Assembly (NCBI GenBank): GCA_963772455.1
Contig: CAVYXJ010000007.1
Coordinates: 320,001 to 384,000, forward strand
Direction: 5' to 3'
Source: Candidatus Bathyarchaeota archaeon
GTDB taxonomy: Archaea; Thermoproteota; Bathyarchaeia; Bathyarchaeales; Bathycorpusculaceae
DNA length: 64,000 nt
Shown here: positions 20,198 to 32,013 of the stretch, piece after piece
How positions within the stretch are numbered: the first letter of the stretch is position 1
Layout of the letters: every line of letters begins with the position of its first letter
The notes under the pieces: model-generated
What the model was told of the DNA's origin: nothing
Seen by the model: the letters and a program-made list of their open reading frames with translations, nothing else
The model's database searches: none
Position numbers and translations under genes: made by a program

Positions 20198-20560
20198 TTA
20201 TAACAACTTTAATTTGCCCGTTAACCGATCAATCATTCCCGATGGAGCAGGACCAATACCCAAACAAGTTATTGTCCCTTCAGGAACCTCAGTTAAACCT
20301 CTATCAACAATGAGAGCATGAGGCAAACCTAACTGGTCTGCACCTTCTTCAAGTTCACCAAGTTCTTTTTCATCCGCAACTTTAACTGCAACTTTTTTTT
20401 GTCCCTCAAACATCCATGCCTCCCACCATTTCTTGTGGTGTGTATAGGCATCTTGAGCAGAAGAAACCGCTGCGTGCCCAGCTTGAGCTGCAATCTTACC
20501 TTTACTCATTTGCAAATCTGTCCGAAACACGAGAACTTGCTTGTATTCAAATGCGCTCAT
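20198..20560 (-). CDS. pth2: Peptidyl-tRNA hydrolase Pth2
   Basis: MSKGKIAAQAGHA, GQKK, DRGLTE, GIGP. Confidence 0.95.
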   Translation of the reverse strand: MSAFEYKQVLVFRTDLQMSKGKIAAQAGHAAVSSAQDAYTHHKKWWEAWMFEGQKKVAVKVADEKELGELEEGADQLGLPHALIVDRGLTEVPEGTITCLGIGPAPSGMIDRLTGKLKLL

Positions 20561-20592
20561 TTTATCCCGCTTATAGGTTAATAATCGAGATT

Positions 20593-21831
20593 TTAAGGGT
20601 TTGCAGATAAGTAAAGCAATCCAAAGTAAGTCAAAGCCGCCAACATTGAAGGTTTTCTAACAGCAGTCAAAAGCATTTTGCCTTGGAAATCAATTTCATC
20701 AACATCCCGTAATGCCTTGTCTAAGCCTAACTTTCCACAGACCCGAAGCATTTCATCAAGCCGCTCATCTGAGAGAGAATCTAGAAATCGCCTTATTCTA
20801 AGCATGACAAGGAAATCGAATTTTAGCAGTTTATTACAACGTTTCTGATACGTTTGCAGAAAAGTCGATGATAAATCATCTCGAGCTATTGCTTGACTCG
20901 CGACTTCTGCGGCAACATTGGCAGCTGTTAACCCAAAGATTACTCCGCCGCCTGTTGTTGGTTTAACTTGTGAAGCGCAATCGCCGACAGCTAAGAAACC
21001 ATCAGCATAAGACGTGGTGATGGGTCCGCCTAGAGTAATGGCATGATAGCCTGTCTGTGTTATTTTGGCTTTGCTTAGCTGTTTAGAAGCAACGGGATGC
21101 TTAACCATGAGCCTTTTAAGAAACTGGCGTGGATCGCCATGGTTTGTTGCTAAACCCACTTTGGCTGATCCATCTCGTCTTGGAATTAGCCAACCGTAAA
21201 AGCCTGGAGCATAAGCTTTGCCAAAATATACCTCAACCGCTTCAAGGTCAACATCTTGCACTCTATCAACCTCGACTTCAACTGCATAAACAAGCCCTTT
21301 GGATTTTAGTGCTTTTAATCCGGCTTGTTTTAAAAGTCTTGAGGACACACCTTCAGCATCCAACACGATTTTAGAATGGACTTTCTCCTCAGAGCCATCT
21401 GCTTGCCTAATTTTTATGCCTTTAACGCAGCCATTCATCAACAGTAATGATTGTACATGAGAACCTAAAACTAAGCTTGCTCCAGCATTTTGAGCTTGAT
21501 TAGCAAGAAATTGATCAAACCGAGCCCGATTCAAAGCTAATGTAACTGGACAAGAAAGTTTAACTGAGAACTTGGAACCAAGCGGCGAATGAAAGTTGGC
21601 AGCGCAAAAAGTGTTCTCAACTATGCCTTTTGGAAGCGGATAAAGACCCATGCTTCTTAAGCTTTTGATACTAATGTGACCTGCACAATGAGAAGGAAAA
21701 CCAATTGTTGAGTGTTCTTCAAAAACCGTGGTTTTCACACCAAGTTTAGCCAAGTTTAAAGCCGCGTATGAACCAACTGGACCTCCTCCTACAATTATCG
21801 CATCTGAAGGTTGAATTGTATGTGCCATCAT
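20593..21831 (-). CDS. Geranylgeranyl reductase-family FAD oxidoreductase
   Basis: GGGPVG, HCAG, R..FD..L, YGWLIP, VGD.A.QVKP.TGGG. Confidence 0.85.
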   Translation of the reverse strand: MMAHTIQPSDAIIVGGGPVGSYAALNLAKLGVKTTVFEEHSTIGFPSHCAGHISIKSLRSMGLYPLPKGIVENTFCAANFHSPLGSKFSVKLSCPVTLALNRARFDQFLANQAQNAGASLVLGSHVQSLLLMNGCVKGIKIRQADGSEEKVHSKIVLDAEGVSSRLLKQAGLKALKSKGLVYAVEVEVDRVQDVDLEAVEVYFGKAYAPGFYGWLIPRRDGSAKVGLATNHGDPRQFLKRLMVKHPVASKQLSKAKITQTGYHAITLGGPITTSYADGFLAVGDCASQVKPTTGGGVIFGLTAANVAAEVASQAIARDDLSSTFLQTYQKRCNKLLKFDFLVMLRIRRFLDSLSDERLDEMLRVCGKLGLDKALRDVDEIDFQGKMLLTAVRKPSMLAALTYFGLLYLSANP

Positions 21832-22008
21832 CGTAAGTTATTGGATTTTTCTTTTATATAAGGGGAGAGGAATCACACCAGGAGTCTATCTTTTCAGAGG
21901 GATTTATTACCCTAAATAAGTCAGATAAATAAAAATAAGTTTAAAAAACCTTGATTTATTTCAAGGTAAATAAAACAAGAGAGTTTAATTTCTTGGAAGG
22001 CAGGCAGA

Positions 22009-22245
22009 CTATCGTGGTTGAACTAATTCTATTCGGCGTTTACCCCTTGACATTGATGAAGTGCGAATTCTGCCGCTTACCTCAAGTTTTAGCAATAGCT
22101 CATTGAAGTCTTTGAAACCTAAATCTTCATACTCGTCTTTTAGCTGCTCAAAGAGGTCGTCGTCAGTTAAGTCGCCTTTCTTAGTCAGAACTTCTAGAAG
22201 ATAGAAGTAGGCTGGGCGTGTTTTCCAAGTTTTTATTTGCGGCAT
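22009..22245 (-). CDS. Small winged-helix-like hypothetical protein downstream of cdc48
   Basis: 78 aa; helical pattern then LLKLEVSGRI and a beta hairpin; 13 bp from the cdc48 stop. Confidence 0.7.
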   Translation of the reverse strand: MPQIKTWKTRPAYFYLLEVLTKKGDLTDDDLFEQLKDEYEDLGFKDFNELLLKLEVSGRIRTSSMSRGKRRIELVQPR

Positions 22246-22257
22246 AATTGTTCCTTC

Positions 22258-24430
22258 TTATGCAATTGGGGTTTGTGGCTTTTGTACTTGTCGAATTTGC
22301 TGCATGAAGCTCTTGTACCATTTTTCCATGTCAGGTGTTATTGAGGGACCCATTTCTTTCAGTGCTTCTGTGAAATCTTTCATGGTGACTTCAGTTGAGT
22401 TTATGTCTCTTCGTAAAGCGTGCATTGCGGCTTCTCGGCAGAGTGACTCTATGTCTGCTCCAGAATAGTATTTAGTGGCAGTTGTAAGTTGATTTAAGTC
22501 GATATCTTTACAGATTGGCATTCCTTTAGTGTAAATTTTGAAGATTTGCATTCGGCTTTTCTCGTCTGGTTCAGGTACATAGATTAAGCGGTCAAAGCGT
22601 CCTGGACGCATCACAGCAGAGTCAACCATGTCGGGTCGGTTAGTAGCAGCAACAACAACTATGTCCTGCAAAGTTGTAATTCCATCCATTTCTGTTAGCA
22701 GTTGGCTTATAACGCGTTCTGAAACACCGCTGTCAGACATACCCATGCCTCGTTTAGGAGTGAGAGAGTCAATTTCGTCAAGAAATACAACTGCAGGCGC
22801 GGCCATGCGGGCTTTTCGGAAGACTTCACGGATAGCTTTCTCCGATTCTCCAACCCATTTGCTAAATACTTCTGGTCCTTTAATGGATATGAAGTTGGCT
22901 TCGCTTTCAGTTGCTACAGCGCGTGCAAGTAATGTTTTGCCGCAACCAGGTGGACCATAAAGCAATATGCCCTTAGGAGGTCGTATTCCAAGTTTTGTGA
23001 ATATTTCTGGACTCTTTATGGGCCATTCAACAGCTTCTTTGAGACGTTGTTTTACGTCCTCAAGTCCGCCGGCATCGTCCCAGTGAACTGTAGTGACTTC
23101 GATGTAAACTTCTCTCATTGCAGTTGGAGTAACTTCTTTGTATGCACCAAGGAAATCTTCCATTGTAACTTCCATTTTCTCTAAGGACAGCGGGTGGAAT
23201 TCGTTCTTCTTCGAGGTTGATTTGGGGTAAATAGCGTCTTAACGCTTTCATTGCGGTTTCTCTTCCCAGTGCTGATAAGTCGGCGCCTGTGTATCCGTGA
23301 GTCATGGCTGAGAGTCTAAGAAGGTCTACGTCTTCTGCAAGTGGCATTCCACGCGTGTGGATTTGAAGAACTTCGTAACGGCCTTTCTTGTCTGGAACTC
23401 CAATTTCTATTTCTCTATCGAAGCGTCCTGGTCGACGCAAAGCTGGATCAAGTGCGCCGGGACGGTTAGTAGCACCTATAACAATAACGTTTCCTCTGCC
23501 AGACAAACCGTCCATTAATGCAAGAAGTTGAGCCACAACACGCCTTTCTACTTCACCTGTGACTTCTTCACGTTTAGGCGCTATAGCGTCTAGTTCATCG
23601 ACAAATATTATACTTGGTGCGTTTTGCTGAGCTTGTTGGAAAATCTCTCGAAGTCGTGCTTCAGATTCCCCATAAAATTTACTCATAATTTCGGGACCGT
23701 TAATGGAGTAGAAGTTGGCTTCTGATTCGTTAGCAACTGCACGCGCCAAGAGGGTTTTGCCGCAACCAGGTGGACCATGGAGCAATACACCTTTTGGAGG
23801 TTCAATGCCCAGGCGCTGGAAAAGTTCTGGATGACGAAGAGGCAACTCAACCATTTCTCGGACACGTTGCATTTCTGTTTGCAATCCTCCGATGTCTTCG
23901 TAATTTGTTCTAGGCAGACCTTTACCTTCGGGTGCTGGCTCGTTGAGAATGGTTAGTCGTGATTCGGCAGTTACTTTTATGATGCCATGCGGTCTGGTTT
24001 TTGAGACCATGAATGGGATAGCGTGACCAAGCATCATTACTAGGGTGGTGTCGCCTTCGACCAAAGTGCGCTCCATCAGTCGATTTTTAACGAAGTTCGT
24101 GAAGTCCTCATCTACATTTAGACGCATATCCACAGGTGCAAGTGTCATAGCAAGGGCGGTTTTGACTTTAGCAGGGCGTATAACCACATACTCGTTTATG
24201 GCAACACCGCTGTTTTTACGGGTGAAGCCGTCAATTCGTATTATGTCGCGGTTTTGGTCCTCGCTGTATGCAGGCCAAGCGATTGCTGAGGTTGTACGTT
24301 TGTTAACAATTTCGATTACGTCTCCAGCACTAATACCTAGCTTCTGCATGGTTCGTTGGTCAATTCTGGCGATTCCTCTACCAACATCTCTTTGCCGGGC
24401 GTCTCCAACGCGTAGTTGTACTTCACTCAT
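22258..24430 (-). CDS. cdc48: CDC48/VAT AAA ATPase (apparent +1 frameshift near 23183)
   Basis: N-domain [10 protein letters not shown]; two GPPGCGKT Walker A motifs. Removing one base gives the continuous RIPPAVLEKMEVT. Confidence 0.95.
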
Positions 24431-24575
24431 ATAAAATTCTCCTAAATGATTTTGATTCTAGTTTAGGGATATGGGTTTGAAAAAGCGGTTATCCCTATAT
24501 AAACTTTGAAGTGTAAGCGTAAAGACGTTCTATTCTTGTTAAGGATATGAATTATAGGTTTTAGGATTATAGTTT

Positions 24576-24854
24576 TTAATCGCGGCTTGTTCGGCGTATT
24601 TGAAAGGTTTGTGCTTGGCTTACACCTGGAATTTTTGCTAATTTTTCTTCAAATTCATCTACTAGACCTGATTTGTCTTCAGGGTATTTTATTTGAACAA
24701 GAAGTGCGATGAGCCCAAAAGCCACGGGTTCTTCACCATATCCTTCAATTGATGCAAATTCGGGTAGAACCCCTTTGATTTTTGCTTTGAGGTCATCAAA
24801 ACTTGGAACTATGTCTTCTGGAAAAACCTTGTATGTAACTAATACGCTACCCAT
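24576..24854 (-). CDS. ef1b: Translation elongation factor 1-beta
   Basis: MGSVLVTYKVFPED...EEPVAFGL.AL. Confidence 0.92.
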   Translation of the reverse strand: MGSVLVTYKVFPEDIVPSFDDLKAKIKGVLPEFASIEGYGEEPVAFGLIALLVQIKYPEDKSGLVDEFEEKLAKIPGVSQAQTFQIRRTSRD

Positions 24855-24867
24855 GAAAATACGCCTT

Positions 24868-25047
24868 TTATGGTCCGCTAAAGCCACATTTTGGGCATTT
24901 ATAAAGTCGGCCAAATTTACGGCATTTTCCGTCTCGTTTAATTTGGATTTCACCGCAGTTTGGGCAAAGGAATTTTGTAGATTCGCTACCAGGCGGGATT
25001 GGTTTTCCGCAGCTTGTGCATGTTACGAGGGATAATTTTTCTGACAT
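24868..25047 (-). CDS. HVO_2753/DUF1610-family zinc-finger protein
   Basis: CTSCG...FLCPNCG...CRK....YKCPKCGFSGP; usual partner of ef1b. Confidence 0.88.
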   Translation of the reverse strand: MSEKLSLVTCTSCGKPIPPGSESTKFLCPNCGEIQIKRDGKCRKFGRLYKCPKCGFSGP

Positions 25048-25324
25048 AACTGTGACACTTCTTTGCCGTTCATATTGTAAGGGTTCCTTATATCTGCTAT
25101 GCTTGGAATCAGGGTTTATTGCTACAGAAAAAAATGGTTTCAAAAAATTCTTTAGCTACATTTGTTTATGAGTTAATTAGAGTTCTATTGAAAATCATAG
25201 ACTCGATGATCCATAATTATTCATAGAATTCGACTAGAATGATGATTATTTCACATTTTTAAATTTTAATAGTTTCGTAAATTTATTAAGTTGGGTTCTT
25301 GCCTACTTTATTTGTGGAATCGTT

Positions 25325-26359
25325 TTGGGCGTAAACTTCAAAGACCTAATACCAAAAACCCAGGTAAAACTTGAAGACCTGGGCGGTAAAATCATAGCCA
25401 TTGACGCATACAACGCTATTTACCAGTTTCTAAGCATCATCCGCCAACCCGACGGAACCCCGCTCAAAGACAGCACAGGAAAAATCACAAGCCATCTAAG
25501 TGGCTTATTCTACCGAACAAGCAACCTGGTTGAAATGGGTATAAAACCAATCTATGTTTTCGATGGCACCCCACCCACTCTAAAGTCAGCAGAAATAGAA
25601 CGGCGAAAACAAGTCAAAGTCGAAGCCATCGCCAGCTACGCAAAAGCCGTGGCAAGAGGCGACACGACCAAAATGCGAACCTTTGCTTCAATGGCAACAA
25701 GCATGAAAGATTACATGCGAGACGACAGCAAAAAACTCTTAGACCTAATGGGATTACCTTGGGTGCAAGCTCCAAGTGAAGGCGAAGCGCAAGCGGCGTA
25801 CATGACAAAAAAGGGTGATGCAGATTTTTGTGCAAGCCAAGACTACGATAGTCTTCTTTTTGGAGCACCTAAACTACTTAGAAATGTAACAATCTCAGGC
25901 ACAAGAAAACGTGCAGGCACTAAAACGCGAGTCGAGGTTATTCCTGAAGTAATTGAATTGTCAAAAACTCTTGGACAATGTGAATTGACTCGTGAACAAT
26001 TAATTGATGTCGGAATATTGATTGGTACTGATTTCAACCCTGATGGCATAAAGGGGCTAGGACCAAAAACATCATTGAAATTGATCAAACAATATGGCAC
26101 AATTGAAAATGCTATACCTCATATAAAGAATCCTAGCTTTCCTGTTGAACCGAACTGTATACGGAAAATCTTTCTTCACCCAGAAGTCACTGACAACTAC
26201 AAAATAGAATGGAGAGAACCTGATGAAACAAAATTAATTGATTTTATGTCCAGGGAAAAAGAATTTGGTGAAGATCGAATTAAAAAATCTTTAGACAGAA
26301 TGACTGCTGGTAACAAAAAACAGAAAGGCAAAGTCTCGCTGGAAAAATGGTTCGGATAA
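25325..26359 (+). CDS. fen: Flap endonuclease 1
   Basis: MGV start, IDAYN..YQFL..IRQPDG, APSEGEAQ, SQDYD, GTDFN, C-terminal SLEKWF. Confidence 0.96.
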   Translation: MGVNFKDLIPKTQVKLEDLGGKIIAIDAYNAIYQFLSIIRQPDGTPLKDSTGKITSHLSGLFYRTSNLVEMGIKPIYVFDGTPPTLKSAEIERRKQVKVEAIASYAKAVARGDTTKMRTFASMATSMKDYMRDDSKKLLDLMGLPWVQAPSEGEAQAAYMTKKGDADFCASQDYDSLLFGAPKLLRNVTISGTRKRAGTKTRVEVIPEVIELSKTLGQCELTREQLIDVGILIGTDFNPDGIKGLGPKTSLKLIKQYGTIENAIPHIKNPSFPVEPNCIRKIFLHPEVTDNYKIEWREPDETKLIDFMSREKEFGEDRIKKSLDRMTAGNKKQKGKVSLEKWFG

Positions 26360-26376
26360 GAAAAAGAAAATAAAGG

Positions 26377-28207
26377 TTACTTTACAGTGACTGATTTTGC
26401 CAAATTACGAGGCATATCAGGGTTAAAGCCTTTTTCCAAAGACACATAATATGCTAGCAACTGTAAAGGTACGGCAAAAGGAATGGGTGAGAGCACACTT
26501 GGAATACCTTTGGGTACTTCGATGTAATCTTCTGATAAAGACTTGATTTCTTCGTCGCCTTCCTCTATGACGGAAATTATGTGCGCGCCTCGAGCTTTCA
26601 TCTCCATAATGTTCCCGATAACGGTTTTATGCGTGTCGTCTCTAGGGCATATGAATACAACTGGGAAACCATTTTCGATAAGACTAATGGGACCATGTTT
26701 GCTTTCACCTGCGGGAAACGCGATGGATGGAATATAAGCGATTTCCATGAGTTTTAGTCTGCCTTCAAACGCTGTGGCGGTACTTATGCCTCTACCTAAG
26801 AAGAAGAACACTTTACAGGCCGCATATTTCTTGGCAATTTTTTTAATTTTTCCTTCCTGTGTCCGCACAATTGTTTCTACGTCTTCCGGCATCTTTTTGA
26901 GGTTCTCTTCAAGGCAATCCATTTCATCTTGAGATATCTTGCCACGCTTCTTGGATAACTTTCAAAGCGAGCTGGGCTAAAACGGAGAGCTGCGAGGTGA
27001 ATGTTTTAGTGGCGGCGACACCGATTTCTGGACCTGCCTGGGTCCCAATGTAAACTCTGGAAATCCGAGTCATAGTTGAACCAATAACGTTGGTTAAACT
27101 TAGCACAGTTGCTGCACGTTGTTGTGCACAACTTACTGCGGCAATTGTGTCTGCGGTTTCGCCTGATTGACTAACAGCTAAGATGGTGCTGTCGATGCTG
27201 ACAGATTTGCCACATTGCTCTAAAAACTCAGAAGCATAAACTGGATAAGTTGGCAAGAATGCCAATTTGGAAAACATATAGGAAGCCGCAAGGCAAGCAT
27301 GGTAACTTGTTCCGCAGGCAACCAGAAACACTTCGGTAGCTCGGTCTAGAAAAGTGGCAAGTAAATCCAAGTAATGGTCCTGGATACGTAGAGTGTTGCG
27401 TAAGGTTTCGGGTTGTTCATGGATTTCTTTTATCATAAAGTGCGGATAACCCTGCTTAACCGCCATTTCTGCAGTCCACTCAACGGTTATGGGATCACGC
27501 TCTATGGTGCTGTTATCTGAGATTCTTCGGATTTCGTATCCGTCAGAGGTAAGAATGACGAGTTCGCCGTTGTTTATCATAACGGCTTTGTTAGTCACAT
27601 CCAAAAATGCGGGAATATCACTCGCACAGAAGACCCCGTTGTCATTGATTCCTAAGACTAATGGGCTTTCATTTCGAGCACAGATAATACTGTCGGGTTC
27701 ACGTGTCGAGATGATGGCAAATGCGTAGGAGCCTTCGATTCGTTTAAGGCTCTCCGTCACTGCCTGTTGAAGACTAAGTTTGGGGTTTTGTTTGAGTGTT
27801 TCCTCAATTAGATGAGGCATAACTTCGGTGTCTGTTTTTGAAACAAACTCGTGACCGAGGTTTTCCAGTTCACTCTTGAGCTCCATGAAGTTTTCAATGA
27901 TTCCGTTGTGAACAACTGCTATTTCGCCTTTACAATCTGTGTGGGGGTGAGAGTTAATTTTTAAGGGTGCACCATGAGTTGCCCATCGAGTGTGTCCTAT
28001 GCCTATACTGCCGGGCATGTTGTCGAGGTTGACAATTTTGTCTACCTCGTCGATTTTGCCTGCATCTTTTTTTATGAAGATTTTTCCATCCGAGATTGTT
28101 GCTATGCCGACTGAATCGTAGCCTCGATATTCTAAATGTTTTAGAGATGAATGGATGAGGGGTGCAGCGTTTCCTTCTTTTAAAATACAGCCAAATATTC
28201 CACACAT
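26377..28207 (-). CDS. glmS: Glutamine-fructose-6-phosphate transaminase (apparent +1 frameshift near 26960)
   Basis: MCGI, EYRGYDS, GHTRWATHG, SQSGETAD, VAATKTF, KHGP, PRNLAKSVTV. Confidence 0.95.
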
Positions 28208-28422
28208 TTTTTGATGCCTTCGAGCGATTCTTGTATTGAATGTCCTTATGGAGACCGAGTTTTGCTATTAAGCTTTTTTAACATAAGAGTTTGACTACTA
28301 AAAAGTTTTTTTTAAGAGTCCACCACCCAATTTGAATGCAACGAAGCCTGAAGACAACTTTTTTCACAAGATATTTTGAACCCTTACAAATAAATTTTTT
28401 ATAGTACCTTGGCTTATTCTTA

Positions 28423-29395
28423 GTGAACAAAATGCAAAGAAAACTTCTACTTCAAGACCACGACAACATTCAAGAAGTAAAAGAAATCAGCGTCCTAACC
28501 GACCCCCAAAATCTAAAAACGATCCTCGGAAGCCTTAGCTGGAAAATTCTCACAATACTCTCAAAAAAAGAAATGTACCCTTTAGAAATTGCTAGGCAAC
28601 TGGGCATGCATGAACAAAAAATTTATTATCACATTAGAATACTCGCCAAAGCAAAAGCCATAATGGTTGTGCGTGAAGAAAAAAAGAAGGGGGCAACAGC
28701 GAAATATTACAAAACTGTTTCTCCAGCATTTGGAATCGAATTTCCACAAGGATACAAACCAATCCAAAACATGTGCTCCATAAGCCTTCATGAGCAGTTG
28801 CAAAAGTTCTTCAAAGAATTCATAGACAACGGTATCTTCGACGGAAAAATCGTTGTCGGCAGTCCTCTGCCACACGGACCATTCAAAACTAGCGCTCGAG
28901 ATGGCCATTATGCCGCGCATTTAGCCCTCTTTCTTGGGCAATTCGCCAAGATGCCAACGGAGTTTGCTGTGAAGTTGGACGTCGATGTGAAGGTGGAGAA
29001 GGAAGAAAAAAATAACCTAATTCTAGTTGGCGGACCTGGAACTAACCTATTAACACAGGAAATAAATGACTATTTACCCATCAAATTTATTATGCAATCT
29101 TCTGGGCAAGGTTTTTTGCTTGGCGGTCTATCATCGAAGAAGACTGGGCAAGTTTATACTTCCGACGTTTCTGGGCGTTGTCGCCAAAATTGTGAATCCG
29201 TGGGATGAAACTAAACGCATTGTGGTTTTAGCTGGCAACAAGGCAGTAGGAACTAAAGCGTGCGTGTTGGCTTTGACGAATTTCTGGAAAAAAACTCTAG
29301 AAAAATACGATGGTGAAGACACTTTTGCTGTGGCGATTCAGGGGTTTGATTTGGATGGAGATGGAAAAGTGGATTCAACTGAGGTTAATGAGTAA
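28423..29395 (+). CDS. ArsR-like HTH transcriptional regulator with a C-terminal alpha/beta domain (apparent +1 frameshift near 29174)
   Basis: HTH MYPLEIARQLGMHEQKIYYHI; C-terminal GSPLPHGP...ARDGHY, NLILVGGP, LAGN...GT, GFDLDGDGKVD. Confidence 0.8.
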
Positions 29396-29397
29396 TC

Positions 29398-29833
29398 TTG
29401 ACCATTAAACAAACAACAGAGGTATTTTGGGCGCTTGGACATGCAAATATTCATGCGGTCCACCCAACGACTTTGATGTTCACTAAGGATATTCATGTTT
29501 CTTTGAAGGGTGATTGCATAGTGGCAATGTCAGCTGACAAATCTGTCGCAGATTTAAGCTGTCCAATTCAAGGAGGAACTTCGTAAGCCAAACGCTAAGT
29601 TGACTATCACAGTCGAAGTGGGAGACCTTAGAGAAGAAATCAAAGCTGTTGGCTCACCTAAGCTTTGTTTGTGTCACCCGACTGACATTGTAATTAGGAA
29701 GAGTGATTATATCTGCAGTAGAACGTTGGCGATTTGGGCTGATAAATCCTCAAGTGATTTATCAAGAGAAATTGTGGAAAAACTCCAGAACCCTAAACAA
29801 AAAGTCAAAATAACGCTTAAAGTAGAGAGTTAA
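29398..29833 (+). CDS. DUF371-family protein (apparent +1 frameshift near 29560)
   Basis: GHANI.A.HPTT..FTKD....KGDCI, then IRKSDY..SRT. Confidence 0.85.
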
Positions 29834-30900
29834 ACGATTTTAGCGTCTAATACCACTTGAGACTCAAACGGTGCGGTTTCGCGAATACTTTTTGCATAAA
29901 GAAAAGACTCAACTTTTCGATTATTCTTTTCAACTAATCTCATGAAGCGTTGTTTGAGGTCTTCTATAGTGTCAGGTGAACGGACAAAGCTGTAGAAATG
30001 AGCTATTCCCCCTTCAGGTTTTATTGCGTTGCAAGCTGCGTCAACAAAGTCGATGGCTGTTTCTGGTAGATTCATAATTACCCGATCTGCGGAACCTTTA
30101 AGCGTGGTTGCAGCGATTTCCCGTGCATCTGCCAATATTGGGTATACGTTATTTTCCACTTTGTTTACTCTCACGTTAACCTTAAGAAAATTAAAAGCAT
30201 CAGGATTAAGATCCACAGCGTAAACTTTCGCAATCGGATTTCGTTTACCAATTAACACTGAGAAGGGTCCAACACCAGCAAATAAATCTGCTATTGTTTC
30301 GCCAACTTGCACAGTCATCGCTACTCGTTCATGCTCATGCGACAGTCGAGGCGAAAAATATGCTTTAGCTATGTCAACATGATATTGACAACCGAATTCT
30401 TTGTGAATAGTTTCAGTTTTTTTTTCTCCTGCGATGTAATCGTAATCGCGAACCCGAAAAATACCACTAATGTCGCTGGCTTTAGCGAGAATTGTTGTTA
30501 CGTTTTTTTGCGTAGCCAGAATTGCCTCGCCGATTAAGCTCTGATATGCTTTAAGCTGAGGAGGGATGTCAATAACAACAATGTCACCAATTATATCGAA
30601 GGCTTGAGGAACTTTAGCAAGCAACTCATTTGGTAGTTTATCCTGGAGGGCTTGAGTTAGGGTTTCTGGAGGAAGTTGTTTTTCGCTGAAAACAGCGAAG
30701 TAAATTGCAAATTTATGTATCTGACTTTCCAAAGTTGTTAATTCGATACCTTCTGGTTCTCTGACCAGAGGAATGCAGAGAGATTCGTTTTCACGTTGAA
30801 TAACCAAAGATTTGTCCGCGAGTCCAAACTTTGTTGCTAACCTAATTGTTTTTTCACCTTGACTTTTCGGAACTTTAATGCAAACAGAGGGTCTGGGCAT
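29830..30900 (-). CDS. trm5: tRNA m1G37 methyltransferase Trm5 family
   Basis: FDIIGDI, YFSPRL..E, DLFAGVGPF, DRVIMNLP. Confidence 0.9.
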   Translation of the reverse strand: MPRPSVCIKVPKSQGEKTIRLATKFGLADKSLVIQRENESLCIPLVREPEGIELTTLESQIHKFAIYFAVFSEKQLPPETLTQALQDKLPNELLAKVPQAFDIIGDIVVIDIPPQLKAYQSLIGEAILATQKNVTTILAKASDISGIFRVRDYDYIAGEKKTETIHKEFGCQYHVDIAKAYFSPRLSHEHERVAMTVQVGETIADLFAGVGPFSVLIGKRNPIAKVYAVDLNPDAFNFLKVNVRVNKVENNVYPILADAREIAATTLKGSADRVIMNLPETAIDFVDAACNAIKPEGGIAHFYSFVRSPDTIEDLKQRFMRLVEKNNRKVESFLYAKSIRETAPFESQVVLDAKIV

Positions 30901-30906
30901 TTTCGG

Positions 30907-31942
30907 TCAGCTTTTTTCTATCCTGTACAAATTGTTTACTTTTTGGATTGTGAATTTAACGTTCAACATTTTTTCCATAAGCCAAATATTAGATTCAATA
31001 TGCTCGGATACTGCTCGAGCAAGAAAAGCTGATTTTCCGCTTGTAAATGCCATGTAAGGAATAAGCATGTCAGCAAGGTATATGTCCACTGTCGGTTTAG
31101 CTTCGAGCTCGGCGCTTAGTCTTTGCGCGACTTCTTTTCCCACGACTTCACTCATTTTTCTGAGTTCTCCAATTGCGTCCGCACCTAAAGTAACACCTGT
31201 GTCGGTTTCAGCCCACAATACAATAGAACTACCCTTCTGAATGTGGTTCGATTGATCGTTTACGACTTTAATATCTGGATTAAAACCATTCTGCATGAGA
31301 TAGTCTTTCGCGGCTTCTGCTTGTCGTTCCGCAACCTTTCTATCAGCTAAGAAAGTGCAAACAGATACACCCTTAATGGAGTTGCAATTTTCCATAATTA
31401 TTCAACTCAATGGGTTTTAATTGATGGTTTGGTTTAACCGTTATTGTTACTTCACCCATGCCTTTAGGATAGTAACCATATTTTTGAATTGTTATTTCAG
31501 ATTCAACGCCCATCTTTTTTAAGGTTGGAAGAAATACAAAACGTAAGTAGTTGATGGTTGGAGCATGAATGGTGTCTGTTCCGCCCTTTGCCACATGCAA
31601 ATGCACTGGATTCTTGGCGAACAAACAAATAGGCAAGGTAGCCAACATCAACATTGGTATGCTTCCTGCGGTTTCAATTAAAGCTTCAATATCGCCACCT
31701 TCAATCTCGTCGGGTGTAAACCATAGTTCGCTTGATCCAAGTTTTGCCCCTTGGATTTTAGCATTGCATAGTTTTCCTGCAGTCAACACGGCCTCTAAAT
31801 GTTGAGGTTTTAAGCCTGGCTGTGGTCGGTTTTGCCTGATATTGGTGATGTGGAGAGGTTGTTTAGTGATGGTTGCCAAGGCTATGGATAGGCGAAGGAT
31901 TGTACCGCTTCCGCTTTTTTGGCTTCCATCGATTTCCATCAT
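30907..31942 (-). CDS. rtcA: RNA 3'-terminal phosphate cyclase (apparent +1 frameshift near 31385)
   Basis: IDGSQKSGSGTILR, NIRQNRPQPGLKPQH, TAGSI, GGTD, GYYPKGMG, D.YLAD, SEHIESN. Confidence 0.9.
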
Positions 31943-32013
31943 ACAATTTTTTCACTTTGGCTGGTTTGCAAATAATTAATAAGCGGCTGGGATTATTTAG
32001 GAGTTTAAGAAGG

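Noticed and set aside
28207-28423. glmS ribozyme upstream of glmS
   Set aside because: The spacer is short and AT-rich with no recognisable conserved ribozyme core.
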